From the NCBI GenBank assembly GCA_964344235.1, contig CAYFMJ010000003.1, positions 16,054 to 80,053 of the forward strand: a DNA stretch of 64,000 bases, given 5' to 3'. The translations under genes and the position numbers were made by a program. This DNA comes from an uncultured Methanosarcinales archaeon (GTDB taxonomy: Archaea; Nanobdellota; Nanobdellia; Woesearchaeales; GW2011-AR9). This document shows positions 28,676 through 38,711 of the stretch, piece by piece. The notes beneath the pieces were generated by a model. That model saw only the letters and a program-made list of their open reading frames with translations. It did no database searches and had not been told where the DNA came from. Numbering within the stretch: position 1 is the first letter of the stretch; every line of letters begins with the position of its first letter.

Positions 28676-29157
28676 TCAGATGATTATCGAGTGTTTCACA
28701 ACTAGAGGCATGGGAAAGGTATGTGAGAAAAAAACTCCTCTTTCTAAGTCATAAGGATTCATAAATGAAAAGGCCAGATTAGCAGAGTCTAGAGGGTGAT
28801 CAAAAACTGCAGTTAAGTCGTCACTATCTGCAAAGGTTTGGAATTTCTTCTCCAATATAGGGATTTTGTCTCTTTCAGTCTTATTAGGATCGGCCGTAAC
28901 TCCTTTCTGGAAAATTCTATATCTTTCTATTAAGGGCCAGACAGTTAGCATGGCAAGATGTTTTTGGAGTTCTTCAAGGGTATGGAAATCGGAGAACCCT
29001 CTACTCTAGCGGCCATAGTTCTTACTGTTTCCGGATGAGCTAAAAGGTTTCTTTGACCATAGTAGCTTATCATCTCCTCCAATGGAGGGATATCTTTGCG
29101 TGCCATAGCGGTGATTTGAGAAGCGCTTTTATAAAATTTCCTACTGTTTAGAGACAA
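28676..29157 (-). pseudogene. N-terminal and middle pieces of the same apparently frameshifted gene
   Basis: ORFs 28945-29157 and 28676-28951 overlap by 7 nt in different frames. Confidence 0.3.
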
Positions 29158-29188
29158 ATTTATATAGAGAGAGGTGTAATGAAGCGAG

Positions 29189-30403
29189 ATGGCACAATTA
29201 TCATTTGAGACTCTTAGGTTTAGAGAGAAAGAAGATGTTATTCAGGTAGATCTTCTTACATCATGGATGTGTGAAATTCCAAAAGAAGAAGTTGCTGCGA
29301 TTGCAGAGTTCGAAATTGTTGATGCGTCTACGATCTCTTTTGCGATGGAAGAGGAGAAAGCACGCGTGAAGTTTGGTTTTTTATTACAAAAATATTTTGA
29401 TAAGAATTTAGTAACAAAGATTACTGGAAATCCATGTACCTATATCCACCGTAATTCTGACATTCCATTAATTGGCCATGTGGCGTTTGGGATTGTTTAT
29501 AGAGGAAGTTCAATTATTGAAATTAAAACAAACAATGGTTGTAACTTAGATTGTGTCTATTGTTCCATTTCGGAAGGACTATCAAGTAAGAAGCATGATT
29601 TTGTGATTGAGAAAGATTATTTAATTGAGGAGTTAGAGAAGTTGATGGAGTATATTGGTGAAAGTGTTGAAGTTCATATCGGTGTGCAGGGAGAACCGTT
29701 TCTGTATGGGGATATGGAGAATCTGATTATTGATTTACAAGATATGGAGAACGTGCATACGATTTCTATTGATACAAATGGTTCATTGTTGAATAAAGAA
29801 AGGATCGATAGGTTGAGTGGGTGTAGGAAATTGCAGTTTAATTTATCGTTAGATGCAATTGACTCTGAAGTAGCCCGGAAAGTAGCGGGAACGAAAGTGT
29901 ATAACGTTGAACATGTAAAAAAGATGATTGCCTATGCTTCGGAGAAGTGTACTGTTATAGTAGCACCGGTGTTAACACAGGGATATAATGAGGAAGAAGT
30001 GGAGAAAATAGTAGCGTGGGTAGCTTCGTTAGAGCACAAACCAATTTTAGGGATTCAGAATTTTTTACGATACAAGACAGGGAGGAATCCAGCGAAGGAG
30101 ATGAAGTGGGATGATTTTTATGCATTGTTGGATAGATTAGAGAAAAAGTATGGCATCAAATTACGGCTGCGGAAAGAAGATTTTAACATTCGTAAAACTA
30201 AACCGTTAGAGAAACCGTTTGAGGTAGGAGATGAGGTTGCAGCAGTGATGAAATGTCCTGACCGGTTTAAAGATTCGGTGATTGCAGTTGCTCAAGGGAG
30301 AATTATCTCTGTTCCTGGTGTAAAGTTTGTTGCTGAAAAAAAGATACAAGTGAAGATAACAAGAGACAAACATAATATTTTTACTGGAAAGGTTGTTTAT
30401 TAG
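29189..30403 (+). CDS. Radical SAM protein with a C-terminal TRAM-like beta-barrel (archaeal COG2100-like)
   Basis: CNLDCVYCS (CxxxCxxC) cluster motif. The C-terminal block FEVGDEVAAVMKCPDRFKDSVIAVAQGRIISV is TRAM-like. Confidence 0.6.
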   Translation: MAQLSFETLRFREKEDVIQVDLLTSWMCEIPKEEVAAIAEFEIVDASTISFAMEEEKARVKFGFLLQKYFDKNLVTKITGNPCTYIHRNSDIPLIGHVAFGIVYRGSSIIEIKTNNGCNLDCVYCSISEGLSSKKHDFVIEKDYLIEELEKLMEYIGESVEVHIGVQGEPFLYGDMENLIIDLQDMENVHTISIDTNGSLLNKERIDRLSGCRKLQFNLSLDAIDSEVARKVAGTKVYNVEHVKKMIAYASEKCTVIVAPVLTQGYNEEEVEKIVAWVASLEHKPILGIQNFLRYKTGRNPAKEMKWDDFYALLDRLEKKYGIKLRLRKEDFNIRKTKPLEKPFEVGDEVAAVMKCPDRFKDSVIAVAQGRIISVPGVKFVAEKKIQVKITRDKHNIFTGKVVY

Positions 30404-31085
30404 AGAGGTTCATGGAACGTAAACCGTCAAGGGCACGTTCAAATTTGTTAAAGAGGAAAGGCATCAATTTCTGTTCTGCTTTTCGAAGATGCATCTGATA
30501 GGTTGAGAAAGAAACGTCCATTAACTTGGCTAATTCATTTAACGTAATGTGGCGAGGATATTCATAATAACCGTGTTCAATCGCTAGAAAAACCGCACGC
30601 CGTTGTTGCGGTGAGAGTTTGGGGTTGATGCCTATAAACAAAAAGTCGTCAATTGGAACGTCACGTACTTTAAGCAGTTTCCCAGCGAAATTTCCAAGCA
30701 TAAATTTACTTGTTGCTAGAATGTTATCTTTATTCCAGCTGCCTAATGACCAGAATTCTTGCCCATTGGAGCGAATTTCAACAGGCCTGAGACAGAATAT
30801 TTCAGGATTATATACGGCACTTGCTGCTTTGGACTCTTTTATTTGCAAGACAAGAAAGTTGTTATGAAGCTCTGCTTTTATTACTCGTTCATGATTGAGG
30901 AGGTTTTTATGGAATACGTCGCGTTCTTTCTCAGAACCACAGACGAAGCCTATAAAATGGACTAGGATAAAGTTATGAAAATGGTGATAAGAGGTTGGAT
31001 AGGCAATAAACGTAACATTTGCCGCTTTGGTCATACTTCCTAGAAGCCCCGGTGTACCGTCTATCTCAAACTCAGAAACCCACAT
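30381..31085 (-). CDS. Transcriptional regulator with a C-terminal HTH_10 (Bat/DmsR-type) domain
   Basis: LSPQQRRAVFLAIEHGYYEYPRHITLNELAKLMDVSFSTYQMHLRKAEQKLM matches the HTH_10 consensus. Confidence 0.6.
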   Translation of the reverse strand: MWVSEFEIDGTPGLLGSMTKAANVTFIAYPTSYHHFHNFILVHFIGFVCGSEKERDVFHKNLLNHERVIKAELHNNFLVLQIKESKAASAVYNPEIFCLRPVEIRSNGQEFWSLGSWNKDNILATSKFMLGNFAGKLLKVRDVPIDDFLFIGINPKLSPQQRRAVFLAIEHGYYEYPRHITLNELAKLMDVSFSTYQMHLRKAEQKLMPFLFNKFERALDGLRSMNLSNKQPFQ

Positions 31086-31197
31086 AAAATATCTCCAATA
31101 TTGTTCATTTTATACTTAGAAACGCTCCAGTAATAAAAATTTACTCCGATATATATCTGTGAAAGCTTTAATATGCCTATTAGAATAGCTATTTTTG

Positions 31198-31755
31198 ATG
31201 AGTTCTCCAATAATAATTGAGGTGCAAAAAGACCCAGCTGTGCGGGAGGTTGTGGAAAGTGGAACGTTAGATGATGTGTTAGAGGGTTATGAGAAGAAAG
31301 GGACTAGGTATGTTGATTCTGTTACGTATCTTGGCCAGGGAAGGGCTGAAGGACAGTTTACAGTTCATGGCCATTATCATTTTGATACAGAAGATCAGTT
31401 ATATCATTTAACAGAGGCAGACGTTGTGGTGTTATTTAACCAGTTTGGATACGCTGTGATGGCTCATTTGCTTCGGACAGGGAGAATTCCGCAAGTTGAT
31501 CTTGCAACATTTACAAATTTTAAAGATGATTTTAGAGATATAGAATTGAGGTCGTCCCCGATTAGAAGCAGTGGATATGACTATCCTAGGGGAATTGATT
31601 TGGCTGCAGATCCAACATTTCCAGGAAAGTTGTACATAAAACAGTTATCATATTTACAAAGACCAGATGATGTCTCGTTGCATACAGAGATGGTGCTTGA
31701 TTTAGCCGATGGTGCAATTCATGGAGAAAGAGACTGGCGTTTTTATTTGAAGTGA
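31198..31755 (+). CDS. Hypothetical protein (acidic; composition atypical for this genome)
   Basis: ORF; ATG at 31198 (the track start at 31195 is TTG). Confidence 0.4.
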   Translation: MSSPIIIEVQKDPAVREVVESGTLDDVLEGYEKKGTRYVDSVTYLGQGRAEGQFTVHGHYHFDTEDQLYHLTEADVVVLFNQFGYAVMAHLLRTGRIPQVDLATFTNFKDDFRDIELRSSPIRSSGYDYPRGIDLAADPTFPGKLYIKQLSYLQRPDDVSLHTEMVLDLADGAIHGERDWRFYLK

Positions 31756-31801
31756 TAGTGGTAGAGTAAAGTTTAAATAGTTTTTAGTAGATTCTTCTCT
31801 A

Positions 31802-32962
31802 ATGGAGCGGGGTGAACTAACGCAGAAGTATTTCTTTGAAGTGTATGGTGAAGATAGTAGAATCCCTATACGGTTCCACCATGGTCTAGACTCGGTTGTT
31901 TGGCATCCAGGAGATTATGAGGGAACTGAGGATGACAGACACAACCCCTGGAGTGATATTTATGAAGCGACGAATTTTGACGAGTTTGTGCACCTTGTGG
32001 TAGGTTCTTGGAATTTGCGTTCAGCATCAAGCATGACTGCGGTTCATACTCCAGACCAAGTAACTAATATGGGACCATTTGCAGAATTGTTGCATAGTGA
32101 ACCAGACTTAACTGATGTTGTAGCATACATTCTCAGGCATACCCCTGAGCCTTATGGTGTTAGGCAAAAAGCCACGGAGGCAGGAAAGAAACTGAATCCC
32201 TACAGGCCAGATACATTGATAGAGCGTTTAACGGAGGTTGATGAGCATGCCGCAGAATTATTTATTGAGGCGCTAAAGCGGCCAACACCAGACTATTTTG
32301 AAGCAGATGACAGGGCGATCTTTGATCCGCATTACAGAGAATGTGGGAGGATGTATGTTCCAGACAGAGATGGTGCTCACTTGGACATGATGTTTGGAAA
32401 GAGGGCCATCAGAACAGTGAAAGGGTTCCCACGTGACTTGTCAGTTGATTATGTTGAATTACCTTCTATTGCAGTGAAGAATCAAACAGGTTTTCGAGAC
32501 ACAGTGTTCCGTGTAGTAACCAAATTCCCTGGCCAATATACCATTCAAGTTCGGTTTCGAGAGACAAGTCATAAAGGAGGCACACACTATGGGGAGGGAA
32601 GAATTGAGCTGCTTTATGAGGAGAGAGTAAGCCCCCTTGTAAATCTACCCATGCGTGGCATGGCTCTTGATGATGACGAAGCGATCAGTGACCAAATGCA
32701 AGATACTGCCGGTTATTTTTTAAGAGAGCTAGAAAAAGATGCGAGAATTATAGTAAACGATGTGAGCTGCAAAACTACTGACAATGGAGCTATTGCTACT
32801 TTTGAAGTTAGAAAAAGAAGTGATGAGAAAGCCCAGGCAGAAACATACCCTTCTGCAGCACAATGCCGAAGAGATTTAGTTGAAGAAGCAACAGGATATT
32901 TCCCTGGATTAAAAGATCGACCAGATGTGGCACTTGCTGCGCTAAATGGGGAGCCATTATAA
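31802..32962 (+). CDS. Hypothetical protein (386 aa, Asp/Glu/Arg-rich)
   Basis: Long ORF with no recognised motif. Confidence 0.4.
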   Translation: MERGELTQKYFFEVYGEDSRIPIRFHHGLDSVVWHPGDYEGTEDDRHNPWSDIYEATNFDEFVHLVVGSWNLRSASSMTAVHTPDQVTNMGPFAELLHSEPDLTDVVAYILRHTPEPYGVRQKATEAGKKLNPYRPDTLIERLTEVDEHAAELFIEALKRPTPDYFEADDRAIFDPHYRECGRMYVPDRDGAHLDMMFGKRAIRTVKGFPRDLSVDYVELPSIAVKNQTGFRDTVFRVVTKFPGQYTIQVRFRETSHKGGTHYGEGRIELLYEERVSPLVNLPMRGMALDDDEAISDQMQDTAGYFLRELEKDARIIVNDVSCKTTDNGAIATFEVRKRSDEKAQAETYPSAAQCRRDLVEEATGYFPGLKDRPDVALAALNGEPL

Positions 32963-35809
32963 TTGTTTTAATGTAAGTTCTTTTATTTCATCCGGCCAGT
33001 CTTCGATAAATTCTCTATATTGTTTTAATTCCGTTTTCACTTTCTGTTTCAGCGAACCAGTTTCGATAAGTTTAATGAGTGCTTCTTTGACATAGACAGG
33101 GACTTTCTTAAGATTCCAGACTTGTAATTTCATTTTTTCTTTCGCCATGTCTTTCTGTTCATCCTGTTTCTTTTTTGTCTCTTCCCAGTATTGTTGGTAG
33201 GAAAATTCTTTTTCTTGCTTGATTTTCTTTTTTCCTTCTTTCAGATTTATCTTAGCTAAGACTTGCTGATGCATTCGTCGGAGGAATTCATGTTTGTCTT
33301 CGATTCTAATAACGTCGCTGTAACCAGAGGCGATTAAACCGAAAGCAAATGGAGAAGGCATCTCTGTTGAGGTTTGGACTATTTCAATCTGATTTTGATT
33401 GACTTTGTCAATAATCTCTTGTGCATGTTGGTAATCCATTAAGTCTTCAAGTACTTCTCTTCTCGCTTCTTTGAGAATAGGGAAGTGGTTATCGATTCTC
33501 TTGACTGCGTTGAATAAAATTTTACTGCCTATTTGCATCCTGCCTGTTTTCTTTTGTCGTCCCATATAGTTTCGGAGGATCATTAGTGATCTCGCAGCAC
33601 AGTGTCTGAAGCGTCTCTTGAGAACTTCACTACGTTCGATGGCTTCTTCGAGTAGTTCTCTTAGGTTTTCTTCTTTGAGGAGGTTGAACGCCCTAGGCGC
33701 GTTAAATGGTTTTTCTGCCGCCAAGTAAAATGCGTTATCGGAAATACCAACTTCAACATCGCGATGTTGGGAACGGCCAATGATGAATGCTAATGCTCGA
33801 GAGAGACAATCGTTAACTCTTCTGCCAAATAATGTATGGAAGATGACATAGGTTCTACCTCGGTCAACGTATGTTTCAATGACAATCTTTTTGTTTGAGG
33901 GAACGATGCTAAAGTTATATTGTTCATAGAAGTATTGATAGAGACTTTCTGCTGCTTTATTTCCGACATAGAGATATTCGTTAATGAATTCTTTAATTTG
34001 TTTCTTCGTGTGTTTATTTTTGAAGCGATCTTCCATCAAGTAACGGAAGCGGGAGATTTCTGTGGCGAGGTCAAAGGAGAGAGGTAGCATCTCTGAGAAC
34101 CAGGAAGGGACAGTTGGTGGTCTGTTTACTGACGTGGAGACCTGCGCTGTCATACCTCGGGAGAATTTAAACATGTAGACATTTCCTCCCAGAACGAAAA
34201 CGTCACCTGGTTTTAATCTTTCCAGAAAACCCTCATCAATCATTCCCACAACTTGATCTTTGATCTTGACTTTCACATAGGATTCTTCAGGAATAGTTCC
34301 AATATTCGTCATGTAAATAATCCTCGCCATTTTTCCTCTTTTCCCGATTTGACCGGTTTCTTCATCGTACCAAATTCTAGCGAAGACATATCGTTCCTCT
34401 AAGCTCACGTAATAGCCTGAGAGGTATTTGATCGTTTCAAAGAAGTCGTGCCATTCTAAGTTTTGATAGCAGTACGATTGTTTGACTAATTGGAAGAGTT
34501 CCTTGATGTGGATAATGTCGTTGATTGCTATGCCGTAAATATGTTGTGCTAAGACGTCTAATGCGTTTTCAGGGATGTGCACTCTGTCGATTTTCTTTTC
34601 TATTGCCGATTTTAGGAGGAGGGAACATTCTACTAAGTCATCTCGGTCCATGACGATGATTCGTGCTTTAACAGTGGAGTGTAATTGGTGGCCTGCTCGT
34701 CCAGCTCGTTGTAAGAATCGTGCAACTGATTTCGGTGAGCCTAAGCAGAGAACTAAATCAATGTATCCGATGTCTATACCAAGTTCTAAAGAAGTTGAGG
34801 AGACAACAACTTTAAGACTACCATCTCGTAAATCTTGTTCAGTTTTGAAACGGACTTCTTTACTTAATGAACCGTGATGTGCTGCTATATTATTATGGTT
34901 GTAATGTTGTGGGAACATTTCTTTGAGGTTGTGGACGACTCTTTCGGTAGCAGCTCTAGTGTTGGTGAAGACAACAGTTGTTTTATGTTTTTGAATTTGT
35001 TTGTCAATTAATTCATACATCTTTTTGTGTTTGAGCATGTAATCAAGATCAACTAAACTTCTCACGGGTGAGAGAACTTTGAGATCCATGTCTTTGATAA
35101 ATTGCACGTCAACAACGCCGCAGTTTCTATTTGCTCCTACTAAGTACTGGGCAATTTTTTCTAGTGGTGCGATGGTAGCGGAGAGGCCTACTCTCGTTAA
35201 TCCGGGTGAGACTCTTTGTAGCCGTTCCATTGTTAGCGAGAGGTGTGTGCCTCGTTTGTTTTCTGCTAGGGAGTGGATTTCATCTACTAAAAGCCATTGT
35301 GTGTCTTTGAGATGAAGTTTGAATTTAGGAGAGTTGATCATGATGGCTAATGATTCAGGTGTGGTGATGAGAATGTGTGGTGGTTTCTTGAGCATCTTTT
35401 GCTTTTGGTATGCTGTTGTATCACCCGTTCTGACACCTACACGGATGTTAAGTGGTTTGCCGTTAAGTTCTTCTAGTTCTTTGAGTGGTTTGAGAAGGTT
35501 TTGTTCAATGTCGTAGTTAAGTGCTTTTAATGGGGAAACGTAGACGCAGTAGACTTTGTCTTCTAACGCTAACTTCTTTGTTGAGTCAACAAGTTCGTTG
35601 AGGATTGCGAGGAAGGCTGTTAATGTTTTTCCTGAACCTGTTGGAGCGGAGATGAGGACGTTTTTTCTGTTATGGATTTCCATCACCCCGAAGAGTTGTG
35701 GTGGGGAGAAGGTTTTGAATTTGTTGAAGAACCATTTATTGATTAATGGATGTAGAATAGACTTAAGATGGAGTTCTTTGTACGGTTCAGTTAAATGTGT
35801 GATGGACAT
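32957..35809 (-). CDS. lhr: Lhr-like ATP-dependent helicase (large helicase-related, SF2)
   Basis: Walker A APTGSGKT, DEIH box (LVDEIHSL), and the long Lhr-core C-terminal extension. Start trimmed to MSITHLTEPYK (ATG at 35809); the upstream 53 codons look like a spurious extension. Confidence 0.8.
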   Translation of the reverse strand: MSITHLTEPYKELHLKSILHPLINKWFFNKFKTFSPPQLFGVMEIHNRKNVLISAPTGSGKTLTAFLAILNELVDSTKKLALEDKVYCVYVSPLKALNYDIEQNLLKPLKELEELNGKPLNIRVGVRTGDTTAYQKQKMLKKPPHILITTPESLAIMINSPKFKLHLKDTQWLLVDEIHSLAENKRGTHLSLTMERLQRVSPGLTRVGLSATIAPLEKIAQYLVGANRNCGVVDVQFIKDMDLKVLSPVRSLVDLDYMLKHKKMYELIDKQIQKHKTTVVFTNTRAATERVVHNLKEMFPQHYNHNNIAAHHGSLSKEVRFKTEQDLRDGSLKVVVSSTSLELGIDIGYIDLVLCLGSPKSVARFLQRAGRAGHQLHSTVKARIIVMDRDDLVECSLLLKSAIEKKIDRVHIPENALDVLAQHIYGIAINDIIHIKELFQLVKQSYCYQNLEWHDFFETIKYLSGYYVSLEERYVFARIWYDEETGQIGKRGKMARIIYMTNIGTIPEESYVKVKIKDQVVGMIDEGFLERLKPGDVFVLGGNVYMFKFSRGMTAQVSTSVNRPPTVPSWFSEMLPLSFDLATEISRFRYLMEDRFKNKHTKKQIKEFINEYLYVGNKAAESLYQYFYEQYNFSIVPSNKKIVIETYVDRGRTYVIFHTLFGRRVNDCLSRALAFIIGRSQHRDVEVGISDNAFYLAAEKPFNAPRAFNLLKEENLRELLEEAIERSEVLKRRFRHCAARSLMILRNYMGRQKKTGRMQIGSKILFNAVKRIDNHFPILKEARREVLEDLMDYQHAQEIIDKVNQNQIEIVQTSTEMPSPFAFGLIASGYSDVIRIEDKHEFLRRMHQQVLAKINLKEGKKKIKQEKEFSYQQYWEETKKKQDEQKDMAKEKMKLQVWNLKKVPVYVKEALIKLIETGSLKQKVKTELKQYREFIEDWPDEIKELTLKQL

Positions 35810-36009
35810 GAGTAGAAAACATCTATCTCTTACTATTTTGTTGTGTTTTTTATAATGATTGTGTTTACAGCGGCAGGGACGGGATTTCCGTGGTTGGCAA
35901 TTCGAACCCGTGTGACGTGGGAACGTCAACCGATTATCAATCGGTTGCTTTTGGCCTTTCTTGGCCACTTCTTTTTGTTGTGGAATTTGTTTATAAGAAT
36001 TAGGGATGG

Positions 36010-36059
36010 TTGTCGAGTGGGGAGTGGGGCAGAATTATAGAAAGGAGTAACGAAAATTC
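36010..36059. promoter_or_regulatory. Conserved upstream element, copy B (TTGTCGAGTGGGGAGTGG-GG-CAGAATTATAGAAAGGAGTAACGAAAATTC)
   Basis: Homologous to 3689-3741 plus 3879-3890, upstream of xerA. Confidence 0.5.
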
Positions 36060-36216
36060 AACCTTAACGACTAATTGATTTTTAGGGGGACTTAAGAAAA
36101 ATATTGTTAATCAAAGGACCAGCACCTGTACATTTCTGGGTTAGATAGATTATGAATTCATCTTTCTGATCTTGGCAAGATTTTCCAAAAATCAGAGAAT
36201 GGCACATTCAATGCCT

Positions 36217-36230
36217 GGCCCTATAGGGCC
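36217..36230. terminator. Perfect 14-bp palindrome GGCCCTATAGGGCC, 14 nt downstream of gene 36244-37002
   Basis: Seen in the sequence; position is consistent with a terminator or protein-binding site. Confidence 0.25.
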
Positions 36231-36243
36231 GATACCCATAATT

Positions 36244-37002
36244 CTACTCTTTGGCTCTTAACTTTTTTACAGTATTGAAGCTAAATATGTCCCCCTCTAA
36301 ACCCAATTTTTTTGCTATTAATCGAGCTTTCTTTTCTCCACCAACATAGGAATACATCTTCGCAATATTTTTATCAAACCGATACTTCTCTAGGTATTTT
36401 AAACCAAGAAAAAGTTCCTGAATTTCCTCTCTTGGAGGGGGTTGAAAACCCCTCGACATAAACCTAATGCAAGCGTAAAGATCTGATCCAAAAACTTTTT
36501 CTCTGCCTGGGTTTAGACGAAGTTTTTTTGCTTTCATATCTTTAAATGAACCATCTAAAGCAATCAGACTATCGAACCAATTATTAAGAAAAATATCTTT
36601 AAGGTTAATTGCAAAAGCATTTATTGTAAAATTTATTTTCTCTTTTAAGATATTTTCAATATTTTGCCCTTTGTAAAAGGAGATATCTAAGACTAAGTAA
36701 TCCTCAATAGATTTAGCTTTGGGAAATTTCCTCTTTTTAAGGACCAATTGTTTTTGTCTTCTAATCTTTCCATAAAGAAAACCCTTTTTCCTAAGATTTC
36801 TAATAAATAATTCTTTATTCCCAATAAAGATAACATCATAATCTCTTTGGGGGAGTTCCTTTTTGAAGTAATAGTAAAAAACGGTATTTCTTAATGTTCC
36901 TCCAATAAGAAAAAGTTTAGATTTTTTTGGCATCGATGAAATTACACCCCTTAGAATTCTGTCTACGTTTTTATCTCGCAAAAAATGAGGGTATTTTTCC
37001 AT
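36244..37002 (-). CDS. Short class-II nucleotidyltransferase (poly(A) polymerase / CCA-enzyme head-domain family)
   Basis: LIGGTLRNTVF...DYDVIF (GG.[VL]R[DN]...D.D) and INFTINAFAIN (FTINA motif) match the PolyA_pol head domain. Confidence 0.45.
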   Translation of the reverse strand: MEKYPHFLRDKNVDRILRGVISSMPKKSKLFLIGGTLRNTVFYYYFKKELPQRDYDVIFIGNKELFIRNLRKKGFLYGKIRRQKQLVLKKRKFPKAKSIEDYLVLDISFYKGQNIENILKEKINFTINAFAINLKDIFLNNWFDSLIALDGSFKDMKAKKLRLNPGREKVFGSDLYACIRFMSRGFQPPPREEIQELFLGLKYLEKYRFDKNIAKMYSYVGGEKKARLIAKKLGLEGDIFSFNTVKKLRAKE

Positions 37003-37123
37003 ATCCAGTGATTAGTTTAATCAGTTTTAATACTTTCTTTTTTGAGCCAAGAATATTAAAACCATAAAAACTAAACTATGCCTAATCCAAACTTTTAAAT
37101 AACCAAAAACACTACTGTAAGTC

Positions 37124-37348
37124 ATGAAGAAGAAATCTACAAAAGGGAAACCAAAAGCAGAGAAGTGTTGTTGGAATATGGAGAGTTGTTCGTCGGGCGG
37201 TTTTATCTATGGCTTAGGAGCGATTGGCGCTGCTGTGTACTTCGTCTCTACGGCAACAGGTTTCTGGATGGGTGTACTTGGTGTATTGAAAGCGATTGTT
37301 TGGCCAGCGTTTTTAGTGTTTGAACTACTAAAGTTCTTAGGGATGTAG
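37124..37348 (+). CDS. Small membrane protein (2 TM) with a basic N-terminus
   Basis: Hydrophobic helices follow a KKKSTKGKPK tail. Confidence 0.35.
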   Translation: MKKKSTKGKPKAEKCCWNMESCSSGGFIYGLGAIGAAVYFVSTATGFWMGVLGVLKAIVWPAFLVFELLKFLGM

Positions 37349-37392
37349 TTTCCCTCGAAAAGTTATAAAAAAATGGCTACTTTTTTGTAGGT

Positions 37393-38070
37393 ATGGGAAC
37401 AGATGCCTATTATGAAGATCTTGCAGGTAAGTACTTATATCTAGCGAGACGATATGTTAGGAGATATGACGAGCTGGTGCAGCTTGTCGCTGATACGGTG
37501 TTAGAAGCGAGTCCTTCTACTGTTTTAGATGTAGGTCAAGGGCCAGGTCATATTGATCAAATGATTTTAGATAGGAATCCATCTGTCCATATTGATTGTA
37601 TTGATGCACAAGAAGGGATGGTAAACGTTGCAAGAAGAGCACTTGCGGCATATGGAGAAAGAGTCAGTGTCGTGCATGCGGATGTGCGTCAATATCAACC
37701 AGAAAGGCAATATGATGTTGTTTTGTGTAATCTGGTGATTCATAATATCCCTTACGATCAAAAGTTAGAAGTTCTTAAAGCAATATATCAACATCTTGAA
37801 GCAGGAAAGCCGTTTATTTGGGGGGACATGGTAGGGTTTGAGGATCCACAAAAAGTAAAAGCGGCGTTTGACGCACGGAAGAGGTTTGCTGTGAGTAACG
37901 GAGAAGATCCCGAGTCAGAGTTTTTTAGAACGAGTTTTCATAAAGAAGAACACTCAGATTATACGCTCACTCCAGAGCAAACAATGGATTTAATGAAACA
38001 GGCTGGTTTTCAAAGTCCTCGTCAGATTTGGGAGTATGATAATTTTGCGTTATTCATAGCCCAAAAGTAA
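37393..38070 (+). CDS. Class I SAM-dependent methyltransferase
   Basis: Motif I VLDVGQGPGH. Confidence 0.6.
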   Translation: MGTDAYYEDLAGKYLYLARRYVRRYDELVQLVADTVLEASPSTVLDVGQGPGHIDQMILDRNPSVHIDCIDAQEGMVNVARRALAAYGERVSVVHADVRQYQPERQYDVVLCNLVIHNIPYDQKLEVLKAIYQHLEAGKPFIWGDMVGFEDPQKVKAAFDARKRFAVSNGEDPESEFFRTSFHKEEHSDYTLTPEQTMDLMKQAGFQSPRQIWEYDNFALFIAQK

Positions 38071-38108
38071 ACCACAATCTTTTTTAACAACCTCATTATC
38101 CGAAACGT

Positions 38109-38711
38109 ATGAAACTGATTTTATTAGGGCCGCCAGGTTCAGGAAAAGGAACTGTAGCGGAAAAACTAGCAAAGGATTTCAATCTAAAACACATCTCAAC
38201 CGGCGCATTATTACGAGAGGAGATTGCTAAAGATACCCCCATTGGTAGGGATGTTAAGAAGTATGTGGAAGCGGGAGAGTTCGTGCCAAGTACGTTCATA
38301 TTAGAAATGATGAAGTTAGAGATTACTGACAAAGATGATTACATTCTGGATGGTTTTCCTCGGTCTCTTGATCAAGCAGAGGCAATGACTGAGGTTGATG
38401 CGGTGATTTATTTAGAAGTACCAGATGAAAATTTAATAGAGCGGTTTGCAGGAAGAAGAATTGATCCAGTCACAAAGAAAGGGTATCATTTGAAGTATAT
38501 CCCTCCACCAGATGAGATAAAAGATAGGTTGATTCAACGGAAAGATGATAAACCAGAAATTGTAAAAGAGAGATTAGCAGAGTACCACGAAGTTACACAA
38601 CCGTTAGTTGCATTCTATAAAGAGAAAGGACTTCTGAAAACTGTTGATGGTGCACCACTGCCGGATGAAGTATATGAATCCGTTAAAGCAGTAGTTGAAC
38701 AGATTCAGTAA
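38109..38711 (+). CDS. adk: Adenylate kinase (short form)
   Basis: P-loop LLGPPGSGKGT, NMP-binding region, ~200 aa. Confidence 0.85.
   Translation: MKLILLGPPGSGKGTVAEKLAKDFNLKHISTGALLREEIAKDTPIGRDVKKYVEAGEFVPSTFILEMMKLEITDKDDYILDGFPRSLDQAEAMTEVDAVIYLEVPDENLIERFAGRRIDPVTKKGYHLKYIPPPDEIKDRLIQRKDDKPEIVKERLAEYHEVTQPLVAFYKEKGLLKTVDGAPLPDEVYESVKAVVEQIQ

Noticed and set aside
35875-35965. tRNA-like stretch upstream of lhr (GGCAATTCGAACCCGTG with a nearby CCGATT-ATCA-AATCGG hairpin)
   Set aside because: A TTCGAAC core is present, but no 5-bp T-stem, acceptor stem or anticodon arm can be folded on either strand. It is more likely 5' leader sequence of lhr.
35810-35968. 53-codon N-terminal extension of the lhr ORF (MAKKGQKQPIDNRLTFPRHTGSNCQPRK...)
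   Set aside because: It is basic and Cys-rich and unlike helicase N-termini. The conserved Lhr sequence starts at MSITHLTEPYK, so the extension is probably read-through of the 5' UTR.
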